DNA of 52,462 nt from Candidatus Levyibacteriota bacterium (GCA_027459725.1 DAIDHK010000009.1:1-52462); one strand, 5' to 3'; positions 20,461 through 29,942 are shown, counted from the stretch's first letter. The notes: a model not told the origin generated them from the letters alone. A program made the numbers and translations.

Positions 20461-21333
20461 ATGGATTTTATTTGGTCAAACACTGATTATCCCTATCTAT
20501 GCCTTAAAGACAGAAAAAGGACACTAGCCTTTAGAAAAGCAATAGAGAAGGTTGTAAAACCGGGAGATGTTGTAATTGATGCGGGATCTGGCTCAGGGAT
20601 TCTAGCCTTTTTTGCCGCAGCAGCTGGAGCAAAAAAAGTATATGCTGTTGAGATTGAACATATTTTGGCAGAGCAAATAAGAAAAAGTTCTATAGCTAAT
20701 AATTTTTCAGATGTAGTTGAGGTAGTTGAAGGTGATATAACCAAAGTATCCCTACCTCAAAATGTTAATGTAGTCATAGCAGAACTAATAGATACCGGCT
20801 TGATTGATGAAATGCAATGTCCTGCTTTAAATAGTCTGAGAAGTAGAGGAATAATAGGTCAATCTACAGTAGTAATTCCAGGTAGGTATCAAACGTATAT
20901 AGATTTAATATATACAGATCATAAGTATTATGGATTCGATATTTTTGCTCCAAAACATGAATGGCCATATTACTCAGGAAACTCAAATGTCTTTATGAAT
21001 TTTTTTAATTCTGCTTCTGAATGGGAACAATCAAAAATCATTCCCGCTACTGATAAAATTGAGATAATAAATGCTGACTTTAACTCCAAATTTGTTGATG
21101 AGAATGTAGATAAGATTTTAGAGTTTCATTTAAATAAAAACAAAAAGTTCAATGGTATTAGAATTTCTGGTATTATTTCGTTAGTTGAAGGTTGTACAGT
21201 TGGCGCAATGAATTCGCTAAACGGCGATAAGATTATATATATACCCCCCATAGTGAATAAACCTATAGTTAGAATGAGAATTCAATATAAAATGGGTATG
21301 GGTATGCGAAGTTTCAGTATAGAGATGTTATAG
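20461..21333 (+). CDS. SAM-dependent methyltransferase, protein-arginine methyltransferase (PRMT)-like
   Basis: LKDRKRTLAFRKAI, motif I VIDAGSGSGIL, AGAKKVYAVE, double-E-like loop VIAELIDTGLIDE. Confidence 0.85.
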   Translation: MDFIWSNTDYPYLCLKDRKRTLAFRKAIEKVVKPGDVVIDAGSGSGILAFFAAAAGAKKVYAVEIEHILAEQIRKSSIANNFSDVVEVVEGDITKVSLPQNVNVVIAELIDTGLIDEMQCPALNSLRSRGIIGQSTVVIPGRYQTYIDLIYTDHKYYGFDIFAPKHEWPYYSGNSNVFMNFFNSASEWEQSKIIPATDKIEIINADFNSKFVDENVDKILEFHLNKNKKFNGIRISGIISLVEGCTVGAMNSLNGDKIIYIPPIVNKPIVRMRIQYKMGMGMRSFSIEML

Positions 21334-21406
21334 TTGTATGTCTTAGATCTTGTGATATGTGTACCTATTGACACAGCCATTTAAATATGATTACCTTAAT
21401 TTAGTG

Positions 21407-22222
21407 ATGAAAGATATATTTAGATATAATTCTGTAAAGTTAGTAGTTCCTGTTTTTATATTTTTTACTGTATGGTGGTTGAGTATACAATTCTATTTTC
21501 ATACGGGAAGCATAAACGCACAGATCTTCGGTGCTTTGTATGGTGTAGTAGCATTAATTGGTGGGTTGACTGGTATAAAGTATTCTTATAAGTGGGGAGG
21601 TTTTAGTAGTGCATTAGGAAGATCTACTTTGTTTTTTTCATTTGGATTACTCTCTCAAGAATTGGGTCAATTAATTTCTTCGTACTATAATTATGTACTT
21701 AAACAGAACCCCATACCTTATCCTTCTTGGGGGGATTTGGGTTTTTTTGGGACAATTCCCTTATATATTCTAGGTATCTTATTTCTAGGTAAAGTAATTG
21801 GAGCTAAAAATAGCCTTTTGTCAAAGAAAAATTTGCTATTTGCTATTTTTATTCCTTTACTATTATTAGTTATTTCTTATTTTGTATTTTTGAAGGGATA
21901 CCAGTTCGATTGGTCAAATCCAATAAAAGTCTTTCTTGATTTTGGTTATCCTTTAGGTGATAGTTTATATATTGGTTTGACCGTAGTTGTTTATTTTTTA
22001 TCGAGAGGTGTTTTGGGAGGTACTATGAAAAATAAAGTACTTTTCATTCTATTTTCGTTATGTATACAATTTTTAGCAGATTATTCGTTCCTATATCAAA
22101 GTTATTATGGTTCTTGGAGTGTGGGTGGTATAAATGATTATTTATATCTTTTGGCATACTTTGTAATGACTTTAGCTTTAATAAGAGTTTATGCACAGTT
22201 TATGAAGTTAAGAGAGTCATAA
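21407..22222 (+). CDS. ~8-TM integral membrane protein (putative sensor), paralog of the STAND C-terminal domain
   Basis: Eight hydrophobic segments by eye; WGG..S.LGRS, YPS.GD.GFF and FDW.NPIK.FLDFGYPLGD shared with 14346..16403. ATG 21407 preferred. Confidence 0.85.
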   Translation: MKDIFRYNSVKLVVPVFIFFTVWWLSIQFYFHTGSINAQIFGALYGVVALIGGLTGIKYSYKWGGFSSALGRSTLFFSFGLLSQELGQLISSYYNYVLKQNPIPYPSWGDLGFFGTIPLYILGILFLGKVIGAKNSLLSKKNLLFAIFIPLLLLVISYFVFLKGYQFDWSNPIKVFLDFGYPLGDSLYIGLTVVVYFLSRGVLGGTMKNKVLFILFSLCIQFLADYSFLYQSYYGSWSVGGINDYLYLLAYFVMTLALIRVYAQFMKLRES

Positions 22223-22226
22223 ATAT

Positions 22227-22508
22227 ATGGATATATTTGCACAGTTAGCTCAAAGAATTATTTCTGAGCAAGAAACTATAATTGGACCTATAGCGCTTGA
22301 GCAAGCAAAAAAAGTTCAAGGTCTTAGCATAGACTGGGCAAAAAAAGAAATTAAGATTGATGGAAATGAATCTCAGGTAATAGAGAAACTTGTTGAACAA
22401 TATAAAGATTTTTTTGGTAATGCCTCTGTTGATGTCTGTAAAGAAGCTGTTAAAAACCTTATCAAAAGTGTTCCACAAAATGATATTCCTCCTTTACTGT
22501 CTAAATAA
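22227..22508 (+). CDS. Small hypothetical protein (93 aa), coupled to the 8-TM gene
   Basis: 4-nt gap to the upstream gene; helical, IIGPIALEQAKKV and QYKDFFG...VCKEAV motifs. Confidence 0.8.
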   Translation: MDIFAQLAQRIISEQETIIGPIALEQAKKVQGLSIDWAKKEIKIDGNESQVIEKLVEQYKDFFGNASVDVCKEAVKNLIKSVPQNDIPPLLSK

Positions 22509-22593
22509 GTATAGTCGTTTGTGTGTTTAAAATTTAATTACATTATTGAATATCTAGTTGTTGTAGATTAATTTTTTTTTGTATACTGAGTAT

Positions 22594-24063
22594 ATGAAGT
22601 TTAATTTATTCTTTAATAAGCCTAATAATACTGATTCCTCTAATGAACTCACACATATTACACAGGAAATGTACAAAAAAAATTTCGAGCTTGCAGAGAA
22701 GAATAAAACACTATCTGTCCTACAAAAGATAGATGATATTATTATGAGTTCAGTTAACGATAGTGCAGAAATTGCAAGAGCAGTTACAAAAATACTTATA
22801 GAGGATGCAAAGTTTAAGGCAGCAAGTATTTTTACTGTTGTTGATGGAGTTACGATAAAAAACTTAGCTATATATATTGTTCCAACAATATACGATATTC
22901 ATGCTGCAGCTATAAAGACAATATATTCGCTCCCAGATTTATCTATATCTCAGACTGACAATATTCTTGTTCAATCTGTATTGACCAAACAAGTAAAAGA
23001 GTGTTCCTCTCTGTCGGAGCTGTTTAAATGTATTGCATTGAAGGATATTTCTCCTGACGAAATAAATAAAATTCAGATAGATGCTGAAATAAAAACTTCT
23101 TTTATATACCCTTTGGTCGTAAGAGGTCAGACAATTGGAGGGTTGATTATTTGCTTAAGTGAAGTGGAATCTGAGCTGTCAGACTATCAAAGAGATTTAT
23201 TAAATCGTCTACATACGATTATAGGTATAGCAATTGATAATGCACTTCTTTATACACAAGTTCAAGATGCTAATGAGAGATTAAAGCAAGTTGATAAGAT
23301 GAAAGATGAGTTCGTTTCCCTGGCATCACATGAGTTGAGAACTCCCATGACTGCAATCAAATCATATATCTGGATGGCTCTGGATGGTCGGGGGGGAGAA
23401 TTGAGTGAGAAATTGAAGTATTATTTGACTAGGTCATATATGTCAACTAATCGTTTGATTAATTTAGTCAATGATATGTTGAACATTTCACGTATAGAAT
23501 CTGGTCGTTTGACTGTCATTATGAAATCTGTAGACATCCTAAAGCTGGCACAGGAAGTTTTGGAAGAAGTAAAGCCAAAAGCAGAAGAGCTTGGTGTTAA
23601 TGTTTCGATAATACCTCCAGCTATTACCCTACCACCGGTTCTAGCTGATGCTGACAAGATCAAAGAGGTTTTAATTAACCTAGTTGGAAATTCTATGAAA
23701 TTTACTCAGAAAGGTGGATTTGTGAAAATTGAATTGCTTCAAAAAGACAATATGATTGATGTGAAAGTAGTGGATAATGGAAATGGAATTGAACCTACCG
23801 ATCTTCCTAAATTATTCCAAAAATTTGCCATGTTGGAAGGTTCATATACTGCCAATCAGCCAATTCAGGGTACCGGACTAGGTTTGTATATCTGTAAGTC
23901 TTTAATAGAGTTACATCAAGGTACAATCACTGCCTTTTCTGAAGGTCATGGTAAAGGTGCAACATTTACTTTCACGCTGAAATTATTTAATGAAACCGAT
24001 GCACAAAAGTACAGCAAGATTGGTAATGGATCTGCAGTTGGTTTGGTACATTCACAAGTCTAA
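22594..24063 (+). CDS. Soluble GAF-HisKA-HATPase sensor histidine kinase
   Basis: GAF end (YPLVVRGQTIGG...IAIDNALLY), H box ASHELRTP, N box NLVGNSMKF, DNGNGI, GTGLGL; no TM. TATACT lies 6 nt before ATG 22594. Confidence 0.93.
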   Translation: MKFNLFFNKPNNTDSSNELTHITQEMYKKNFELAEKNKTLSVLQKIDDIIMSSVNDSAEIARAVTKILIEDAKFKAASIFTVVDGVTIKNLAIYIVPTIYDIHAAAIKTIYSLPDLSISQTDNILVQSVLTKQVKECSSLSELFKCIALKDISPDEINKIQIDAEIKTSFIYPLVVRGQTIGGLIICLSEVESELSDYQRDLLNRLHTIIGIAIDNALLYTQVQDANERLKQVDKMKDEFVSLASHELRTPMTAIKSYIWMALDGRGGELSEKLKYYLTRSYMSTNRLINLVNDMLNISRIESGRLTVIMKSVDILKLAQEVLEEVKPKAEELGVNVSIIPPAITLPPVLADADKIKEVLINLVGNSMKFTQKGGFVKIELLQKDNMIDVKVVDNGNGIEPTDLPKLFQKFAMLEGSYTANQPIQGTGLGLYICKSLIELHQGTITAFSEGHGKGATFTFTLKLFNETDAQKYSKIGNGSAVGLVHSQV

Positions 24064-24166
24064 GCTCTACAAAATTGGTCTATTTTGATGTATTGACAGC
24101 TTTGAAAATATTTGCATTAATATATATAGATCAATAATTAAATAAGTTCTTGATCAAATTAAAGAT

Positions 24167-24730
24167 ATGACATCTGCCCTATTAAACATAAAAAAAGCTT
24201 CTTTTAAAGGATTTACTCTTATAGAACTTCTTATAGTGATAGCTATACTTGGAATTTTAGCTGCTGTAGTATTAGTTGCCATAAATCCAGCTGAACAATT
24301 GGCAAGAGCACGAGATGCTGGCAGGCAGAGTGGTATTTCTCAACTTGGACATGCATTACAGTCATACTATACTACTCAACAGAGCTTACCAACATCAACA
24401 GGATCGGCAACATGGGATTTTCAAGCAACGTTAATTAGTACTCAAGATATACAAAATAATATTACTGCCCCTACAAGTGGAGTGACTGCTTGTAGTCCTA
24501 CTGCTAGTACAACAGTTTCTATATCACATGGATATTGTTATTCAGAAAGTGCTGGTACTAGTTTTGTTGTTTGGACTCCTCTAGAATCACAAAACAGTAC
24601 TAATTTGGCAAAGTGTACTTCTGGTAATACATATGTGGTTGAAGTATACAGTTCAACACAAGGTGCTGCAGGAATAGATTGTATTACATCTTCGACTTCC
24701 GTTCCTGGAACTGGTGACGTTCTACATTAA
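24167..24730 (+). CDS. Type IV pilin (candidate major pilin)
   Basis: KG|FTLIELLIVIAILGILAAVVLVAINP class III signal; Cys pairs. Confidence 0.92.
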   Translation: MTSALLNIKKASFKGFTLIELLIVIAILGILAAVVLVAINPAEQLARARDAGRQSGISQLGHALQSYYTTQQSLPTSTGSATWDFQATLISTQDIQNNITAPTSGVTACSPTASTTVSISHGYCYSESAGTSFVVWTPLESQNSTNLAKCTSGNTYVVEVYSSTQGAAGIDCITSSTSVPGTGDVLH

Positions 24731-25508
24731 CATATTTCTCATATTTATTTTAGGTACAATTATAGGAAGTTTTTTGTTGGTCGTCGTCTACCGCTTACCT
24801 AAAAAACAAAATATTGTAACAGGACGTTCAAAGTGTGATTTTTGTAAACATAAATTAGCCTGGACTGATCTATTTCCTATTTTATCTTACATTTTAACTA
24901 AAGGTAAGTGTAAATACTGTCATAGGAAAATCTCAATTTTATATCCGGCCTTTGAATTACTTACAGCTGCAGTTTTTTCATTAACTTATTATTTCTTCCC
25001 ATCAAGTTCTATCGTTAGTTTAACATTTTACCTTGTTATTGTTAGTGCTTTGTTGGCTATATTTTTTATTGATTTATTTAATCAGATTATTCCTTTCATA
25101 ATATTGCTTCCCGCTATTGCTATAGTTTGGTTGTATAATATGATTTACTCCCATAGTTTAGTATTAAATTATACATTCGCAGCCTTTGGGGCAGGAATAT
25201 TTATTTTCTTTTTATTCGCAATCACAAAAGGTAGAGGTATGGGATTTGGAGATGTAGTATTTGCTTTTTTTATGGGTAGTCTAGTTGGTTTTCCTAGAAT
25301 AATAATTGCGTTATATATCTCTTTTGTAATTGGAGCAATAACTGGGGTTATCTATATAATTGCTAGAAAAAAACATTTCCGTGGTACAGCTATACCATTT
25401 GGACCATTTTTAGTGTTAGGCACTTACATGGTTATGATTATGCCTTTGTGGATGATAAATACTATCTTAAATTATTTCCATTTGAATTACTTGCTCAGCA
25501 TGCTATAG
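24714..25508 (+). CDS. pilD: Prepilin peptidase
   Basis: RSKCDFC...GKCKYC Zn motif, FFID and GMGFGD catalytic Asp motifs, IPFGPFL. Confidence 0.93.
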   Translation: MTFYINIFLIFILGTIIGSFLLVVVYRLPKKQNIVTGRSKCDFCKHKLAWTDLFPILSYILTKGKCKYCHRKISILYPAFELLTAAVFSLTYYFFPSSSIVSLTFYLVIVSALLAIFFIDLFNQIIPFIILLPAIAIVWLYNMIYSHSLVLNYTFAAFGAGIFIFFLFAITKGRGMGFGDVVFAFFMGSLVGFPRIIIALYISFVIGAITGVIYIIARKKHFRGTAIPFGPFLVLGTYMVMIMPLWMINTILNYFHLNYLLSML

Positions 25509-25515
25509 TAGAATT

Positions 25516-26121
25516 ATGTTGAATAAGTTTAGGGGTGGTTTTACCCTCGTTGAACTATTAGTAGTTATAGCTATGCTGGGGATACTTTCTGCTGTTTTAG
25601 TAATGGCTATTAACCCTTTAGCGCAAATACAAAGAGGGAGAGATACGCAGCGTAAATCAAATCTGGCCAGCATCCAATCAGCTTTAGAGCTGTATAGACA
25701 TGATTTTGGGAATTATCCGTATAATTCCACGACTCCACCTGGGCTTTATCCTGTTTCCATGTCAAACTGTACTTCTGATACATTTCAGGGGACGATTAAT
25801 GGTGGAACTGTTACCTACTTACAGTCTATTCCTTGTGACCCTTTGGGTTTTTCCGCAACTTCCTCTACCTTTAATAAAGGTCAATATTTATATATTCCAT
25901 ATAATTCTTCTAACTCGCCTACATATATATGTAATAACTCATCAACTCCTTGTCTTAGTTATGTCTTAGTGGCCTGTCTGGAGAACGCATCTGATACTGG
26001 CGAAAATACATATAACGCTTCCCAGATTAGTACTGATTTTCCTTCATATGTTAGTCAAACATTATCAGGAACATCTCCAAGTTGTAGTTCAAAGGTATAT
26101 TATATTGTACAAAATCCTTAA
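25516..26121 (+). CDS. Type IV pilin (GspG-like)
   Basis: GG|FTLVELLVV, ALELYRHDFGNYP, IPCDP. Confidence 0.9.
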   Translation: MLNKFRGGFTLVELLVVIAMLGILSAVLVMAINPLAQIQRGRDTQRKSNLASIQSALELYRHDFGNYPYNSTTPPGLYPVSMSNCTSDTFQGTINGGTVTYLQSIPCDPLGFSATSSTFNKGQYLYIPYNSSNSPTYICNNSSTPCLSYVLVACLENASDTGENTYNASQISTDFPSYVSQTLSGTSPSCSSKVYYIVQNP

Positions 26122-26128
26122 TTCTTCA

Positions 26129-26689
26129 ATGAATATGCGCGGATTTACGCTTATTGAGCTTTTGATTGTCATAGTAATTATTGGAATGGTGTTTGGTATT
26201 GCTGTGCCCTCATTTCAAAGTTATCGTTCTTCGCAAACCTTTAATCAGGCTGCTATGGATGTTGAGGAAACTTTGAGTGTAGCTCGCAACTACGCTGCGT
26301 CAAATGTCTATCCTTCAAGTACTGATGCCCAAAATGAACTTAATTCGGGTGGTTGTCTATCTCAAACAGCTGATTTTGTGGGATATGGTGTTTCTATTCC
26401 TGACTCGCTAAATAATACTGGTAATACAACATATTCCTTAGATATTGTTTTCACCTGTCCAAATGGTGGTGGAGTTTATGAGTACTATCCTGCAGACAAA
26501 ATTAAATGGGTCAAATCATTGCCAATTAGTCAAAATATCAGCTTTACTGCTGGTTCGTCTAACCATATTGTATTCCCTTTTTTAAACAAACCAATACTTT
26601 CAGGTTCAGTTACCTTACAGAACAATTTCACTCCGCCTTTAACAAAGACTATTAGCGTATCGCCGTCTGGAGTTATAAGCATGAATTAA
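26129..26689 (+). CDS. Minor pilin (FimU/GspH-like)
   Basis: MRG|FTLIELLIV, IAVPSF; start likely 26129 or 26135 rather than 26048. Confidence 0.88.
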   Translation: MNMRGFTLIELLIVIVIIGMVFGIAVPSFQSYRSSQTFNQAAMDVEETLSVARNYAASNVYPSSTDAQNELNSGGCLSQTADFVGYGVSIPDSLNNTGNTTYSLDIVFTCPNGGGVYEYYPADKIKWVKSLPISQNISFTAGSSNHIVFPFLNKPILSGSVTLQNNFTPPLTKTISVSPSGVISMN

Positions 26690-26692
26690 GGT

Positions 26693-27277
26693 ATGAAATT
26701 TCAAAAAGGTCAGACATTAATTGAAATGTTACTTGCGATAGTAGTAGCCTCATTCTTGTTGGTTGCGCTCACAGCAATTATCCTGACAACATTTACAAAT
26801 ATTAACAACAATCAAAATGATTCAACTGCATTACAATTTGCTCAGTCAGGTATGGAATATATGAAAAGTCAGGCACAACAAAATCCAGTATTTTTAAGTA
26901 ATCTTTCAAATCAAGGTGCAAATTTTTGTTTAGGTTCTACTTCAATTACGGAAAGTGCGCAAGGTCCCACACCGACTCCTGATACAAATGGTAATATAAA
27001 TCCTTTACAACAGTGTTCATCCGGCACCATACCCCCCGCATATTTATTAGTGGATTCGATTGGACAGTTATACTTAAGGCAAGTTGGTATTACACCTAAT
27101 GGATCTCCTTGTACCTCAGGAGGACCATATACAAATTATTTAGTCGAAGTAAGTGTGGGTTGGCATGACAATAAATGTTCTCCTTCTTCACCCTTAGATT
27201 CCAATTACTATTGCCGCATTACAACATTAGATACATGTATCTCAAACACAAATGCATTACCAACTTCAGGATTTTAG
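26693..27277 (+). CDS. Minor pilin (PilV-like)
   Basis: KG|QTLIEMLLA, AQSGMEYMK, VEVSVGW. Confidence 0.85.
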   Translation: MKFQKGQTLIEMLLAIVVASFLLVALTAIILTTFTNINNNQNDSTALQFAQSGMEYMKSQAQQNPVFLSNLSNQGANFCLGSTSITESAQGPTPTPDTNGNINPLQQCSSGTIPPAYLLVDSIGQLYLRQVGITPNGSPCTSGGPYTNYLVEVSVGWHDNKCSPSSPLDSNYYCRITTLDTCISNTNALPTSGF

Positions 27278-27286
27278 AACTAAAAT

Positions 27287-27922
27287 ATGAATAATATTAA
27301 ATTTTCCAAGGGATTTACACTAGTTGAGCTATTAATAGTATTGGTATTAATAGGATTGGTAAGCGGAGTGGCTGGTAATATAATCAGTATTGTTTTACGT
27401 GCAGATAATAAATCATCTATGTCTGCGCAAATACAAAAAACAGGAGACTATATTATTAGTCAGTTTTCTAATTCGGTCAGGAATGCGCAGAGTTTTATTG
27501 CGGTTTCTACTAACCCAACCAGCGACTGTCGGGAAACATTGGGTAATGTAAAAGTTTCTGGCTGTATATATTCGGATGGTGATGCAAACGGTAATTTATG
27601 TGGCAGTACCACGAGTTATTCTATGGTTGAATATACTGATACTAATGGAAATGTATCGGCAATATCTTGTTCAGGGACTCCTCCTACTCCTTATTTTTTG
27701 ACGTTTGATAGTAGTCCCATACCTGCAACCCCAACTATTCAGCCATGGGTGAGCTCTTCTATTGCAGTAAAAAGTTGTGAAATAACTTGTTCGCAAGCAG
27801 CTGCTAACCAAGCTCCGGTTATTGGTATATCGTTTACTCTTGGCTCAGCTAATGTAAGTGGTGCAGGAGAGACAAATCAGCCTGATCAAACTTTTCAGAC
27901 TAGTGTCTTGATGCGTAACTAA
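27287..27922 (+). CDS. Minor pilin (PilW-like)
   Basis: KG|FTLVELLIV, SVRNA, C-terminal FQTSVLMRN. Confidence 0.85.
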   Translation: MNNIKFSKGFTLVELLIVLVLIGLVSGVAGNIISIVLRADNKSSMSAQIQKTGDYIISQFSNSVRNAQSFIAVSTNPTSDCRETLGNVKVSGCIYSDGDANGNLCGSTTSYSMVEYTDTNGNVSAISCSGTPPTPYFLTFDSSPIPATPTIQPWVSSSIAVKSCEITCSQAAANQAPVIGISFTLGSANVSGAGETNQPDQTFQTSVLMRN

Positions 27923-27930
27923 AGGTTCCA

Positions 27931-27959
27931 TTGACAGATTATGAACCCCTTGCTACGAT
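27931..27959 (+). promoter_or_regulatory. Internal sigma70-type promoter for pilX-pilMNO
   Basis: TTGACA, 17 nt, TACGAT, 9 nt, ATG 27969. Confidence 0.65.
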
Positions 27960-27968
27960 AAAATAGCG

Positions 27969-28895
27969 ATGATATATATAAGTAAATCTAGAATTGAACA
28001 AGGGCAAATTTCTTTACTGATAATTCTTGTTGGTGTTATAGCTCTGTCAGTTGGTCTAGCTTTTGTTTCCCGTAGTATCACAGATTCCAGGGCTGCAGTT
28101 GCACAACAAAATTCCCAACAGGCTTTAGCAGCAGCAGAGGCAGGAGTACAACGTGCTATTAATAAAGACACTAATTTGTCTGGTGTTTCTGTAGGATCTG
28201 GTTCAATATCTAGAGTTATTGTAGCTAGTGTTGGAGGAACATTAACTATTCCACCCACCAATCCCGAGTTTTTTATAAATGGAGGAAGTCCTGTGCCGGC
28301 TGACGGAGGGGTTGATTTATGGATGGTAGACCACACCAATGGTGTTCCTGATTTTACACAAACCCCATATGCAGGTAATCTAACTATCTACTGGGCACCA
28401 AAAAATGACCTAACCGGGAATCCAACCAATTATGGTTGTAGCTCAGGTGCTATAGTACCTGCTTTGGAAGTCATAACCTATATGGGAGGTACAAAAGATG
28501 GTAAAAACAAAATAACAACCGCTATATCGCATAGGTATGTTTTCGATTACTGTGCTAGGATTCCAGGCACTTCTGCAAGTTCTGTCACGGATGCAAGTAA
28601 TGTTAATTTCAACGACAGTTATCTAGCCCCTCAATATCAAAATTTTAAATTTGATTATAGTGTTACTATTTCAACAATAGATAGTTTAAATCCTAGTTAT
28701 AGTACCTATCTAATTGAGCTGATACCTCTATATAACTCTTCGATTATGGGTATCGAGAGCTATTCATCAACTACGTTGCCTTCTCAAGGTAATTTATATA
28801 TCTCCACAGGAACTTCAGGTGATACACAACGGACAATTAGTTATTTTAATGGTTATCCTCAGTTGCCAATGGTTTATTCATTATATTCTAGATAA
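27969..28895 (+). CDS. Minor pilin (PilX-like)
   Basis: QG|QISLLIILV lacking Glu5; QALAAAEAGVQRA. Confidence 0.82.
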   Translation: MIYISKSRIEQGQISLLIILVGVIALSVGLAFVSRSITDSRAAVAQQNSQQALAAAEAGVQRAINKDTNLSGVSVGSGSISRVIVASVGGTLTIPPTNPEFFINGGSPVPADGGVDLWMVDHTNGVPDFTQTPYAGNLTIYWAPKNDLTGNPTNYGCSSGAIVPALEVITYMGGTKDGKNKITTAISHRYVFDYCARIPGTSASSVTDASNVNFNDSYLAPQYQNFKFDYSVTISTIDSLNPSYSTYLIELIPLYNSSIMGIESYSSTTLPSQGNLYISTGTSGDTQRTISYFNGYPQLPMVYSLYSR

Positions 28896-28910
28896 TCCAA
28901 TATTTTAAAT

Positions 28911-29942
28911 ATGGCTAGCTCATTTGGAATAGATATAGGTACAAAGAAAATTAAAGTTGTTATGCTGCAAGGTGATCAAAATCGGCAGTCTCTCAAAGCT
29001 TGTATGTCTGCAGATATGCCAGGTCCAGGTATGTTATCCGAATCATCTTTCGATTTGGAAGAGATTTCTGAGACGATTAGACAGCTAGTCAAAGATGCCA
29101 ACATTCCCACCAGTTTGGTTAATGCGGCGTTACCCGATAGTGCAGTATATAGTAAAGTAGTCTTTATTCCGGAAATGTCGGCTAAAGACTTAAATAATGC
29201 TATTTACTGGGAAGCTGAACAGAATATCCCTGCCCCTCTTGCTACTCTAAATCTATCTTATCAACAATTAAGAAAACGAGAAGTAAATGGAGATACTATG
29301 CTTGAGGTTTTAATTGTCGGAGCACAATCTGCTATGGTTAAAAAGTACCGTAATGTACTGGAAATGGCAGGTTTGAAACCTCAGTGCTTAGAAACAGAAA
29401 TAATTTCGGTCATAAGAGCTATAAATTTAACCCAAAAATCTCCTACTACTATATTAATGAACGTGGGTAGATTTAATACAAGTATCGTGGTCATTGAGCA
29501 AGGAGTAATTAGTTTTATATATTCAATTCCCTTGGGTAGCGTGGCAATATCAAGAGCTGTGATGACACAATTTAACCTGGCTGAAGATCAGGCCGACCAA
29601 TATATAAAAGTATATGGCGTTTCAAATCAACCAACAGGTGAAAAGATAGCAAATGTTATTCAACCAATTTTACAATCTTTATTGACTGAAGTCAGAAAAG
29701 CGCTCGCCTATTACTCAGAGAAAAATAAGCAGTCTTCTACAGTTAGTCAGATTATTTTGTCTGGGCAGTTAAGTACACTTTCGGGTATAGATGTTTTTTT
29801 TGTTAAAAATTTAGGTATTGAGACAGTCATCGCCAATCCCTGGAAAATGCATTCGATTGAAAGAGTTCCTAAGCAGATTCTAGATACAGAAACAGATTAC
29901 GCAACTGCGGTCGGGCTGGCTCTGGTTGACTATGAAAAATGA
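28911..29942 (+). CDS. pilM: Type IV pilus assembly protein PilM
   Basis: FGIDIG actin-like motif, WEAEQNIP, IILSG, ATAVGLAL. Confidence 0.93.
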   Translation: MASSFGIDIGTKKIKVVMLQGDQNRQSLKACMSADMPGPGMLSESSFDLEEISETIRQLVKDANIPTSLVNAALPDSAVYSKVVFIPEMSAKDLNNAIYWEAEQNIPAPLATLNLSYQQLRKREVNGDTMLEVLIVGAQSAMVKKYRNVLEMAGLKPQCLETEIISVIRAINLTQKSPTTILMNVGRFNTSIVVIEQGVISFIYSIPLGSVAISRAVMTQFNLAEDQADQYIKVYGVSNQPTGEKIANVIQPILQSLLTEVRKALAYYSEKNKQSSTVSQIILSGQLSTLSGIDVFFVKNLGIETVIANPWKMHSIERVPKQILDTETDYATAVGLALVDYEK

